The notes beneath the pieces are model-generated. The model had not been told where the DNA came from. It saw only the letters and a list, made by a program, of their open reading frames with translations, and made no database searches. From Lama guanicoe (Eukaryota), in assembly GCA_013239625.1 (NCBI GenBank), contig MU053557.1, positions 3,564,123-3,628,122 of the forward strand: a DNA stretch of 64,000 nucleotides, given 5' to 3'. Positions 13,118-24,183 of the stretch are shown one piece after another. The position numbers and the translations under genes were made by a program. Position 1 is the stretch's first letter. Each line of letters begins with the position of its first letter.

Positions 13118-13250
13118 TTTATACGCCCATCGAGGGCCTGAGTTTCAATCACAACCACTAGATTTGCCTCAGGGAAGAGGAGCGTGAAGGTCACGTGTCC
13201 TCACTAAACAAATTGGAGTTTTTTTCCGCATTCCCTCATGTTCCCATGAG
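13118..13250 (-). promoter_or_regulatory. SCGB3A2: Proximal promoter of left SCGB3A2 (TATAAA on - at 13118-13123)
   Basis: TATA conserved; sequence upstream of about 13155 diverges from the right copy. Confidence 0.65.
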
Positions 13251-13429
13251 AAACAAAGCCCTAACTTACAGCACTCTCAAGGAACTTTGGTACAAGCTCT
13301 TCCCCAGAGACACTGATGGGAAGCAAAGAGGGCTGATACCTTCTCCTAGAAGGCCCTAGGATGACCCTTTTTGTAAGCCCAAGTTCTACAGTTACTTGGG
13401 GTATCTGCTGCAACAAAGAATGAAACTTT

Positions 13430-14186
13430 CATGTACCCCAGTGCTCATGGCAGCAGTATTTACAATAGCCAACACATAGAAGCAAACTAAATGCTTATCG
13501 ACTGATGATTGGATAAAGAAGATGTAGTACATATATATAACGGAAATCTACTCAGCCAGAAAAAAGAAAGAAAGAATGGCATTGGCAGTAACATCAGTAG
13601 GTCTAGGGATTGTCATACTAAGTGCAGTAATCAGAAAAAGACATATATATCACTTATATGTGGAATTAATAATGATAGAAATGAACTTTTTACAAAACAG
13701 AAACAGTAAACAACAAGGTTCTTAGCACAAGGAAATATATTCATATCTTGTAGTAATCTACAATATGAAAATGAAATATGAAATGAATACACGTATGAAT
13801 ACATACACAGGTATGACAGAAACATTATGCCGTACACCAGAAATTGGCACAACATTGTAAACTGACTGTGCTTCAATTAAAAAAAAACTACAACAGAAAC
13901 AGACTTCACATACATAAAAAAACAAATTTATGGTCACCAATGGGGAAAGGTGGGGGGAGGGGTAAATTAGGAGGTTGGGATTAGCAGATACACATTACTA
14001 TACATAAAATAGATAAACAACAAAGCCCTAGTGTATGGCACAGGCACTACATTTAATGTCTTGTAATAAACTACCATGAAAACGGATACGAAAAAGAGCA
14101 AATTATATGTGTGTAACTGAATCACTCTGCTATATACTGGAAACTAACACAACATTGTAAATCAACTATACTACAATTTAAAAAAA
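13430..14186 (+). mobile_element. L1 3' fragment with nested younger L1 3' end (13707-13891, TSD aacagaaacag)
   Basis: L1 ORF2-end/3' UTR motifs; 11-bp direct repeat at 13696-13706 and 13892-13902. Confidence 0.85.
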
Positions 14187-14699
14187 GTAGGAAGGAATGT
14201 TGAAGGGGAGAAATAGGGATCAGGGTCCAGGTGGGTCCCAGTCCCAGCTCCGAGCTCCCTGACCAAATGGCACTGCTGGCCCAGCACCCCAACCTCTGAA
14301 GACATGCTCGGAACATTCTGAGGAAGATCCATCGAGGTGCCAGGCCAGGAGCTGGGGCCACGCTGGGCGGTGGGCTGTTGTTAAGAGGATTTAATGTAAT
14401 TCTGTAGACGGAGGATGAAACTGCACCAAACCAAGATTAACACATGCTAAGTGTCACCTGCTGCTAATTTCTATACATCACCACGTTGTAACTGCCTTTC
14501 CTTGATTTTTCTGCTGCTTTATAAACGGCATGAAGGAGCTCACGTATCACCCCCACACGCAGACCATCCTGCCACTTCTACCGCTTTCTCTGCTAGAGGT
14601 GGGGCTTCGATTTTTCTGGAGAATGATCACCTCCAAGGACGCTGATGTGCCAAAACTCTCAGGGGCCAAGGTTGGGTGGTAAAGTGGTGGTGAGCTGAC

Positions 14700-15415
14700 A
14701 CCACCCTTCATTTCTGTGCTGTGACCTTTTTAAGGGACCAAACCAGCACTGCCCTCCCTCTGCTCGTCGTCCCCACTTTGCTCTCCGATCCTTTCCGATC
14801 CTCTCCATGCACGACCCCCGCTCTGCTCTGCCTAGAGGAAGCTGACTTTCCCAAACTGTGGTTTCCAGACCTCCTTGCCAACTGCGATCTGGTTAGGATC
14901 CACTCGTGGGAGGCCCTGGTAAACGATCAGATGGGAGAGGAGACAGAAGGAAACATCAGGGGAGTCTCCCTCCGCCTGCTTCAGGAGACACCTCGGGCAG
15001 TGACTGCCGCTTCTCCACGGCTCCAGCTCCTTCCAGAACAGCCCTTCGTCTGCGGTCCCACACCAGCCAGGCAGCCCCACCTTTGTTCGGCTCCTACTGC
15101 TCAATAAATATTTGTTAAACGGCTAATTCAGTTTCAACTCCTGATTATAAATTTAATCGCCACAAAAATTCATTTGAAAAGCACATTGAAAAATTAATTT
15201 CCCCCCTGCTCCTGGGCCCCACCTGCTCTCCCTGTCCTCCCAGCCAAGAAAAAGTAGCAGCTGCTTGCATTTCCCATCTCAAGCTGGACGCACCTGTCCC
15301 CTGGTTGCTGTCACTGAACTTCTAGCACCTTGTAAATGATCCTTCAGGTTAAATTCTTCCCATTTGATCATCTGGTATGGTTTTTGAGTTTCTGGCTGGC
15401 CTGGACTCTAACACC
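14700..15415. mobile_element. Old LTR-like element (ERVL/LTR33-like), mirrored at ~29275-29990
   Basis: Pattern recognition only; family assignment uncertain. Confidence 0.45.
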
Positions 15416-16198
15416 TACGAAAATATACTAAAGTAAAGCATCCTAAAATATAGTAGCGCTGTTGGTAAAAACAGATCTTTCAGTTTTGAAACACAGGCTC
15501 TCTCTCACAAGTGCCACGTTGTGAGTCCACGAGGGGCTGGACCAAGATCCAAGAGAAACAGAGGGACACACACAGACACACGCTTCTCCCTTTCAACCCC
15601 AGAGAGTGTGGTACTGGTTCCAGCTTGTCTGCTGGGCCCAGAGGTGAGTTTTTTCCCAGGAAGCCCCTCAGAGCCCCGTGCTAAGAGAGTTCTGGTGGGC
15701 CCACATAGTAGCCGGCCACACATGCAGTCTTGACCAAAGCCTAGTAGTAAACAGCTAGAACCTCATCCACACAAAACAAACACACACACACACACACAGA
15801 TTCTCTCTCTGTCTCATTCACACACACAAATGTCCACATGCTTACACATATGTGAACGGTCATGTGTCCACATGCACAGACACAGACCACACATAACCAT
15901 CAAGCATTACTGCTTTCATTCTTTTTGTTCCACAAATATTTACTGAGCCTCTGCTGTGTGCCAGGCACTGTCAGGAACGAAGACTAGAGCCGTAAACCAG
16001 ACAAGAATTTCTTGCTTCTGTGGGGCTGACAGTGTAATGGGATAAACAGACAAGAAACAGGTAAACCAAGAAAACAAGCAGTGGTAAGAGCTATGAAGAA
16101 GCAAATCGGGTGCTTTGATGGTGGAGAACAAGAGGATGGGGGGACAGTCAGCCTTGCAAAGAGACTCAGACGTGGCTACTTCCACACCTCCTGCCACC

Positions 16199-16697
16199 TG
16201 AATTTAAGTATTGACATTTTGTGGCCTTGCTGACCCTGGAGGGACTTCCCCTCTCAGGGCTAGCTAATCCTAGAGATGGCAAATGCTCACCTGGGAGTGC
16301 ACCTGCCGTATGCAAACCAACCATCCCCACACTGCCAAGCACCTCCTCTAGGGAGCCCTTACACTAGGCCACTGTCCATCTGCCTCAGTCACCCCCAGGG
16401 CCCGGTACCAGACACCTCGGGACGGTCCCCACACCCGAGCCCAGTAGAATTATTCAAACAAGACTATTCTAGTCCTGTTTACCCGGTCTTCCCATCCCGT
16501 CCCATGGAAACCACAGTAAAGTCTCCTGCCCACACCCCTACCCCACCCTCCTGACAAACCTGGTGCTTCCACGTGGCCCTACCGCCCTGGGGTGTGATGT
16601 GCCCTGTTCTTGGGATCTGGGAGTATAACAGACTGTCTTTACAACGACACTCATCTCCTGGTCTGCTGGCCTGAGTAATGAAACATACTTTAAAACA
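16199..16697 (+). mobile_element. ERV-type solo LTR, mirrored at ~27993-28491
   Basis: TG...CA termini, about 500 bp, octamer ATGCAAAC and MER-LTR-like text; family not determined. Confidence 0.55.
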
Positions 16698-17122
16698 GCC
16701 ATCTAGCCTTTCCTTGTGCCTTTGTTATGCTACTGACACTGTCTTTCTTTGCAGCATACTTATTTGTATTAGTGTCTTCTTTTCCTGGACTAATTTGCAT
16801 ACATCTCAAGGGGGTCTGTCCTGTTCATGTTTGGATGCTAACAGAGAGTCCTACATACTTGATAATATTATTAGGAACTACCAACCGGTGCCGGGCATAC
16901 ACTTTGCATATGGTTTCATACTTCATGCTCATCAAATGCCTGATGATAAGAGCCTTTATCCCATTTTATAAATAAGGAGTATGAAGCTGGAAACAACAAA
17001 TTAATTACCAAGGTCATTTAGATAATAAATTTGTGTCCTTTCTTTTCTGATTTTTTTCCTTGACCTTTAAACACTTAATTGATATGCATTTTTAGTAAAC
17101 ATTTGTTAAATAAATTAATTCA

Positions 17123-20100
17123 GGGGCTCGGCCAAGATGGTGATATAGTAGGATGCCCAGCTCACCTTCTTCCATGAATTCAGCAAAACCTACACCTACA
17201 TACAGAACATTCACACAGAAAACACACTGAACTTTTATCAGAATATCTCTTACATTGGAAATCCTCAGAAAACTGTAGGAAGAAAAAAAGAAAGAAAATC
17301 AGTGAGAGACCTGTCCCCCACGGTGAGAGGGCAAAGGAGGAACAGCACCCTCGCTCTGGGAAGCCCTCTCTCAAGCAGGGAGTTCGGCAGGGACAGAAGG
17401 GGAGCTTCTGAGACTTGGAAGAGAAAGCAGCATCGACTTGGCAGACAGAACTGGGAGAGACCAGCACAGAGAGTCCCTGCAATCCCTAGCTTGAGATGCA
17501 AGCCGGCAGGAGCAGCCAGGACTGGCTGTTGGAGCCCAGGCTTCCACAGATAAGCATGGCAAGAGGACTAGCTAGGGCTGTCTGCACAGAGGCAGCCTCA
17601 GACAGCTGTAGTGTAAATGCAGGCTGAGGCTGGGACAGAAGGCAAATAAGCCTGAGCCCCTCCATAGGAAGCATCAATGCTGGTGTGTGTGCAAGGAGGG
17701 GTTCAATGCAGCTCAGCCATTGCAGCCAGCTCCACTAGCCCAGGAGGTATTGCTCAGCACCATTGCTGGTGTGAATTCTTGTGAGAAGAGAGGCCAGGTT
17801 CAGAAACAGCCATTTTCTCAGCTTGCTCTAGAGGGGCACAATTGCTGGTACGAGGCTCCTAGGTGGAGGTGGGGCTGAAAACTGAACCCATACCCATGGG
17901 GTCCTGCAACTTTGTAGACAGGACTGATATTTGATTCTAGCCCCAGGCAGCTGTGACAGATTTGCTCTGCTCGTGCCTCTGTGGACCTGTGCCTGTGAGA
18001 CAAACAAGCAGAGTTCTGGTGCAAGGTGCAGGCAGGTCTGGCATTAACAATGGCCCTGTGTACCATACAAGGACACTGGACTGAGGACTGGGCTGACATT
18101 GGTGTGTGGTGAATCCAAGAGTGTGGCTGCATGTGCATTATGGCAAGTCCTAGTGCTTTATGTCAATGGACCTGCACTGGTTGCTCTGCAAGTACAGAAC
18201 CTGGGGGACACCAGAGCATGTTGCCTATATTCCCACAGCTGGGGCAGGAACAAGGGCAGTGTCAACAAAGTGTACTTTGTAAGCCGCATAACAAGTGGCA
18301 GACATCTCAGAGGACACTTATGGTGGACATCTCCTGCAGAAGAGTACTCAGCGATTCCTCTTCTAGTGAAAGTGCTCCAGTTCTGTCTGCCACATTCTAC
18401 AGCTCAGAAATAGGACTGGAAGCCTCATTCCAAAGGCAGAGGGGAGCAAACCCGGCCCCTGTCAGGGCTGTGACATCCACAGAGCAAAGAAGAGGCCCCT
18501 CTCAACAACCAGGGCAGGCTCTGGTCACCACAACACAAACCATACCCCTAATCAAGGGAATAACAGCCAGCAACATGGAAGAAATACGTGGCAACCATAT
18601 ATACTGAAAACAGCCCTCGTGACAAAATTACTAGACGTGCACAATCAAGAAGGAATGCTCCCACTTTAAAAAAAAAAAACAGCCCTTGTGACCATGGTAG
18701 ATAACTATTATGCCTAAATTCACAGAGTGAAAAATAGAAGTAAAATGAAGAAGCAGAGGAACCATGCCCAATTAGAAAAAAAAAAACAAGAGAAGTCCAT
18801 TGAAAGAACGAACAATGAAATAGACCTTGACAGTCTACTGGATCCTGACATCAAAAAAGAGATGATAAGAGCACTGAAGGAAATAAGAGAGATTATGAAC
18901 AGAAATGCGGAATACTAAAAAATGAAATAAGGAAATAGAAACTATAAAGAGGAGCCAATTAAAATCAGAAAACATAATTGCTATGATAAAGGCTGAGCTA
19001 AAGGCAGTCAAAAGCTAATCATGTAGAAGAATGAATAAATGATTTAGAAAAGAGAATAGTAGAAATCACCCAGTCAGAACAGCAGACAGAAAAATGAATC
19101 AAAACCAATGAAGGCAATATAAGAAACCTATGGGATAATATAAAGTGTGCCAATCTATGCATAATAAAGTTCCCAGAAGGAGAAGCAAAAGGGGGTTGAT
19201 AAGGTATTTGAAGAAGTCATGACTGAAAGTTTCCCAAACCTAAAGAAGGAAATAGATATCCAAGTACAGGAAGCACAGAGGATCCCAAACAAACAAACAA
19301 ATAAACAAACAAAAGAGACCCACACCAAGACATATTATAATTAAGATGGCCAAATTTAAAGATAAAGGAAACATTCTAAGGGCAACAAGGGAAAGACAAA
19401 GAGTCAGTTACAAGGGAACCCCTATAAGGCTTCCAGCTGATTTCTCTACGCAAACACTCCTGGCCAGAAGGGATGGCAAGGTAGAGTCTAGGACACTCTA
19501 CCCAGTAAGACTATCCTTTGAAATAGGGAGAGAGATAAAGAATTTCACAGACAAGTGAAAACAAAAAGAATTCGGCAATACTAAACCTATCCTAAAATAA
19601 ATATTGAAAGTTATTCTCTAAGTAGAAAAGAAGAAGGAAGCTATCAAAAAGAGAACACCATAATTGGAAAGGCAATAACTATAGTAAGCTGCAAGAGAAT
19701 AACCATGAAGATGTGAAAGAGGACATCAAAATCATAAAATGTGTGAGAGGGGAGCAAGTAAATGTAAATTTTATTTTCTTTCTTCTTTGGAGGTGTGTGA
19801 GCCTATAAGACTACCAGTCTAAAGCAAACAGATATAGTAATGGGTGAACATACTTGAAAAACAGCATAACTACAGATCAAAAGCAGGCAGTAGAGTCACA
19901 AAAACCAAAAAGAAACCAACCCAGTACAAAGGAAAATTATCAAAACACAAAAATAAAAACAAAAAGAAACAGAAAGAAAGAAGTAAGAAATACCAAATCA
20001 ACTGGAAAACAAAGTTTAAAATGGTAATAGGCACACATCTATCAATAATTACCCTAAATGTCAATGGACTAAATGCTCCAATCAAAAGACATACAGTGGC

Positions 20101-23100
20101 AGACTGAATAATAAAACAAGAACCTACAATATGCTGCGTACAAGAGACCCACTTTAGTGTGAAGGACACATACACAGATTGAAAGTGAGAGGATGGAATA
20201 AGATATTTTATGCAAATGGAAATGACAAGAAAGTGGGGGTAGCAATATTCATATCAGACAAAAGAGACTTTAAAATAAAAGCCATAAAGAAAGATAAAGG
20301 AGAACATTATATATGGTAAAAGGAGCAAAAAAAGGAATATTACACTCATTTATACAAATGCACCCAATGTAGGAGCACCTAAATACATAAAACAAATACC
20401 AACAGACTTAAAGAGAGAAATTGATGAGCACATAATAATAGTTGGAGTTGGACTTTAACACCTGACTAATATCATTGGACAGATCTGCTGGACAGAAAAT
20501 CAATAATGCAACAGAGATACTAAATGACACAATAGAACAGTTGGACTTGGTTGGTATTTGTAAGACATTACATCCCTCCCAAAACAGAATATAGTTTCTT
20601 TTCAAGTGTGTATGGAACATTCTCTAGGATAGACCACATACTTGGACACAAAAGAAGCTTCAGCAAATTTAAGAGGATAGAAATTATTTCAGGCATCTTT
20701 TCTGAACACAATGGCATGAAACTAGAAATCAATCATGGGGAAAAAAAAAGAGAACAAACGACTGCATGGAGACTAAACAGTATGCTACTGAAAAAGCAAT
20801 GGGTCAATCACAAAAATCAAAAAAGAAATGAAAAAATACCCAAGGCAAATGGCAGTGAAAAAACAACCACACAAAATCTATGGGAGGTAGCAAAAGCAGT
20901 CCTAAGAGGGAAGTTTGTAGCGATACAGGCCTTCCTCAGAAAACAAGAACAATCTCAAATAAACAACTTAAGCTACCATCTAAAAAAAATTAGAAAAAAA
21001 AGAACAAACAAAACCTAAAGTAAGCAGAAGGAAAGAAATTATAAGGGTCAGGGAGGAAATAAACAGAGATTGAAAATACAATAGAAAAATCAATCAAACC
21101 AAGAGATGTGTTTTTGAGAGAGTAAACAAAATCAACAAACCTCTGGCCAGGCTCACCAAGAAGAAAAGAGAGAGGACACAGATAAACAAAATAAGAAAGG
21201 AAAATGGAGAAATTACAACCAACACCACAGAAATACAAAAAACCATAAGAGAAAAATATAAACAACTATATGGTGACAAACTGAACAATCTAGAAGAAAT
21301 GGACAAGTTTCTAGAAACATACACTCTACCAAAACTGAATCAAGAAGAAATAGATCATTTGACTAGACCAATCACTAGAAGTGAAAAAGAATCAGCAATA
21401 AAAAAAATCTCCCTGCAAACAAAAGTCCAGGACCAGATGGCTTCACTGGGGAATTGTACCAAACATACAAAGAAGAACTCATACCAATTCTTATCAAACT
21501 CTTCCAAAAGACTGAAGAGGACAGAATACTCCCAAACTAATTATTTGAAGGAACCATCGTCCTGCTACCAAAACCAGACAAAGGCGTTACCAAAAAAGAA
21601 AATTGCAGGCCAATATCATTAATAAACATAGATGCAAAAATCCTCAACAAAATATTACCAAACAGAATCCAACAACGCATGAAAAAGATTATACACCATG
21701 ATCAAGTTGGGTTCATCCCAGGGACACAAGGATAGTTCAACATACGCAAATCAATCAGTGCGATACCCCATATCAACAAAAGAAAGGACAAAAATCACAT
21801 GATCAACTTAATGCAGAAAAAGCATTTGATAAAATTCAACACTCATTTATGATAAAAACTGTTACAATGTGGGTATGGAGGGAACATATCTTAACATAAT
21901 AAAAGCTTTTTATGACAGAGAAAGCTTTTTAAATTTATGGCAGATCCACAGCCAACATAATACTCAACAGTGAAAAACTTCACACTAAAATCTGGAACAA
22001 GACAAGGATGCCCAGTCTCACTGCTTCTATTCAACATAGTATTGGAAGTCATAGCCATAGTAATCAGCAAAGAAAAAGAATTTTATTTTATTTATTTGGG
22101 ATCCAAATTAGAAGAGAAGGGGTAAAATTGTCACTATATGCAGATGATACTGTATATACAAAACCCTAAAGGCTCCGCACAAAAATATTCCTAGAGCTGA
22201 TAAAAGAATTTGACAAGATAGCAGGATACAAGATTAACATACAGAAATCAGTTGCATTTCTTTACACTAACAATAAAATATCAGGAGCAGGAAAGTAAAG
22301 AAATAATCCCCTTTAAAATCGCATCCAACAAAGTAAAATATTTAAGAATAAATCTGACCAAAGAGGTGAAAGACTTATGTGCAGAGACTATAAAACATTG
22401 ATTAAGGAAATTAAAGATGACTTAGGAAATGGAAAATACCCCATGTTCTTGGATTGGAAGAATTAATATTGTTAATATGGCCATACTACCCAAAACATTC
22501 TACAGATTTAATGTGATCCCTGTCAAATTATCCAGGACATTTTTCACAAAACTAGAACAAATAATCCTAAAATGTATATGGAATCACGAAAGACCCAGAA
22601 TTGCCACAGCAATACTGAAGAAAAAGAACAAAGCTGGAGGAATAACCCTCCCAGACTTCAGACAGTATTGCAGAACAACAGTAATCAAAATATCATGGTA
22701 TTGGCACAAAAAACAGACATGGATCAATGGAGCAGAATCTAGAGCCCAAAAATAAACCCACAAACTTTTGGTCAATTAGGCTTTGACAAAGGAGGCAAGA
22801 ATCCATAATGAAGTAGACAGTCTCGTCAACAAATGGTGTTGGGAAAACTGGACAGTCACATGTAAATCAATAAAGTTAGAGCACTCCCTCACACCATACA
22901 CAAAAATAAACTCAAAATAGCCCCAAGATTTAAACATGAGAGAAGACACTAGAAACCTCTTAGAAGAAAATATGGGCAAAACATTATCTGACATAAATGT
23001 TCTCGTAGGGCAGTCTACTCATGCAATAGAAATAAAAGCAAGAATTAACAAATAGGACCTAATTAAATGTATAAGCTTTTGCACAGCAAAAGAAAGCATA

Positions 23101-24183
23101 AATAAATTGATAATCTACAGAATGGGAGAATATATTTACAAATGATGTGACTGACAAAGATTTAATTTCTAGAATATATAAACAGATCATTCAGCTTAAT
23201 AACAAACAAACAAACAAACAACCCAATCCAAAAATGGGCAGAAGACTCAAACAAGCAGTTCTCCAATAAAGACATACAAATGGCCAATACTCACATGAAA
23301 AAATGCCCAATATTACTAATTACCAGAGAAATGTAAATCAAAACTACAATAAGTTATCACCTCACACCAGTCAGAATGGCCATAATTAAGAGGTCCACAA
23401 AAAGATAACTGCTTGAGAGGGTGTGGAGAAAAGGGAACACTCCTACACTGTTGATGGGAATGTAGTTTGGTGCAGCCATTATGGGAAACAGTATGGAGAT
23501 TCCTCAAAAGACTAAAAAAAAGATTTACAGGATGATTCAGCAATCCAACTCCTAGGCATATATCCAGAGGGAACTTTAATTTGAAAAGATACATGCACCC
23601 CAATGTTCATAGCAGCACTGTTTACAATCGTCAGGACATGGAAACAACCTGAATATCTATAGACAGATGACTGGATAAAGAAGTTGTGGTATATTTATAC
23701 AATGGAATACTACTCAACCATAAAAAAGAATAAAATAATGCCATTCACTACAACATGAATGGACCTAGAGATCATCATTCTGAGGAAGTAAACCAGAAAG
23801 AGAAAGAAAAATACCATATTGATATCACTTATATGTGAAATCTAAAGAAAAAGACACAAATGAACTTATTTATAAAACAGAAACAGGCTGAAAGACATGG
23901 AGAGCAAACTTATGATTACCAGGGGGAAAAGGGGTCAGAAGGGATAAATTGGGAGTTTGAAATTTGCAGATACTAACTACTATATATAAAATAGATAAAC
24001 AAGTTTCTTCTCTATAGCACAGGGAACTATGTTCAGTATCTTATAGTAACCTATAATGAAAAAGTATATGAAAGGGAATATATGTATGTGTGTATGTGTG
24101 TGTGTATATATATATATATGACTGAAACATTTTGCTTTACACTGAAAATTAACACATCATTGTAAACTATACTTCAATTAAAC
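17123..24183 (+). mobile_element. Full-length (~7.06 kb) decayed LINE-1 in the palindrome spacer
   Basis: 5' GGCCAAGATGG (YY1-type) start; GC-rich 5' UTR; ORF1 remnants (MKKQRNH..., RVSYKGTPIRL.ADFS); ORF2 ATG 20021 (IITLNVNGLNAPIKR) with RT and C-terminal remnants; 3' UTR; many stops and frameshifts. Confidence 0.95.

Larger units (their letters stand above)
8688..17122. repeat. Left arm of large inverted segmental duplication
   Basis: Blocks reverse-complementary to the right arm: 8688-9072/42108-42496, 10096-10664/40736-41321, ~10665-13350/~31780-34470, ~13355-17122/~27540-31145. Mirrored ORF-track entries have coordinate sums 45128 and 44690. Confidence 0.95.

Noticed and set aside
14122..16975. 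Many identical ORF pairs in the two arms (e.g. 128 aa at 14721-15107 and 29583-29969)
   Set aside because: Identity just reflects the DNA palindrome; many start at non-ATG codons, lie in LTR relics and resemble no protein I recognise.
17123..24183. Active L1 or novel reverse-transcriptase system
   Set aside because: ORF1 and ORF2 are broken by many stops and frameshifts; it is an ordinary decayed LINE-1.
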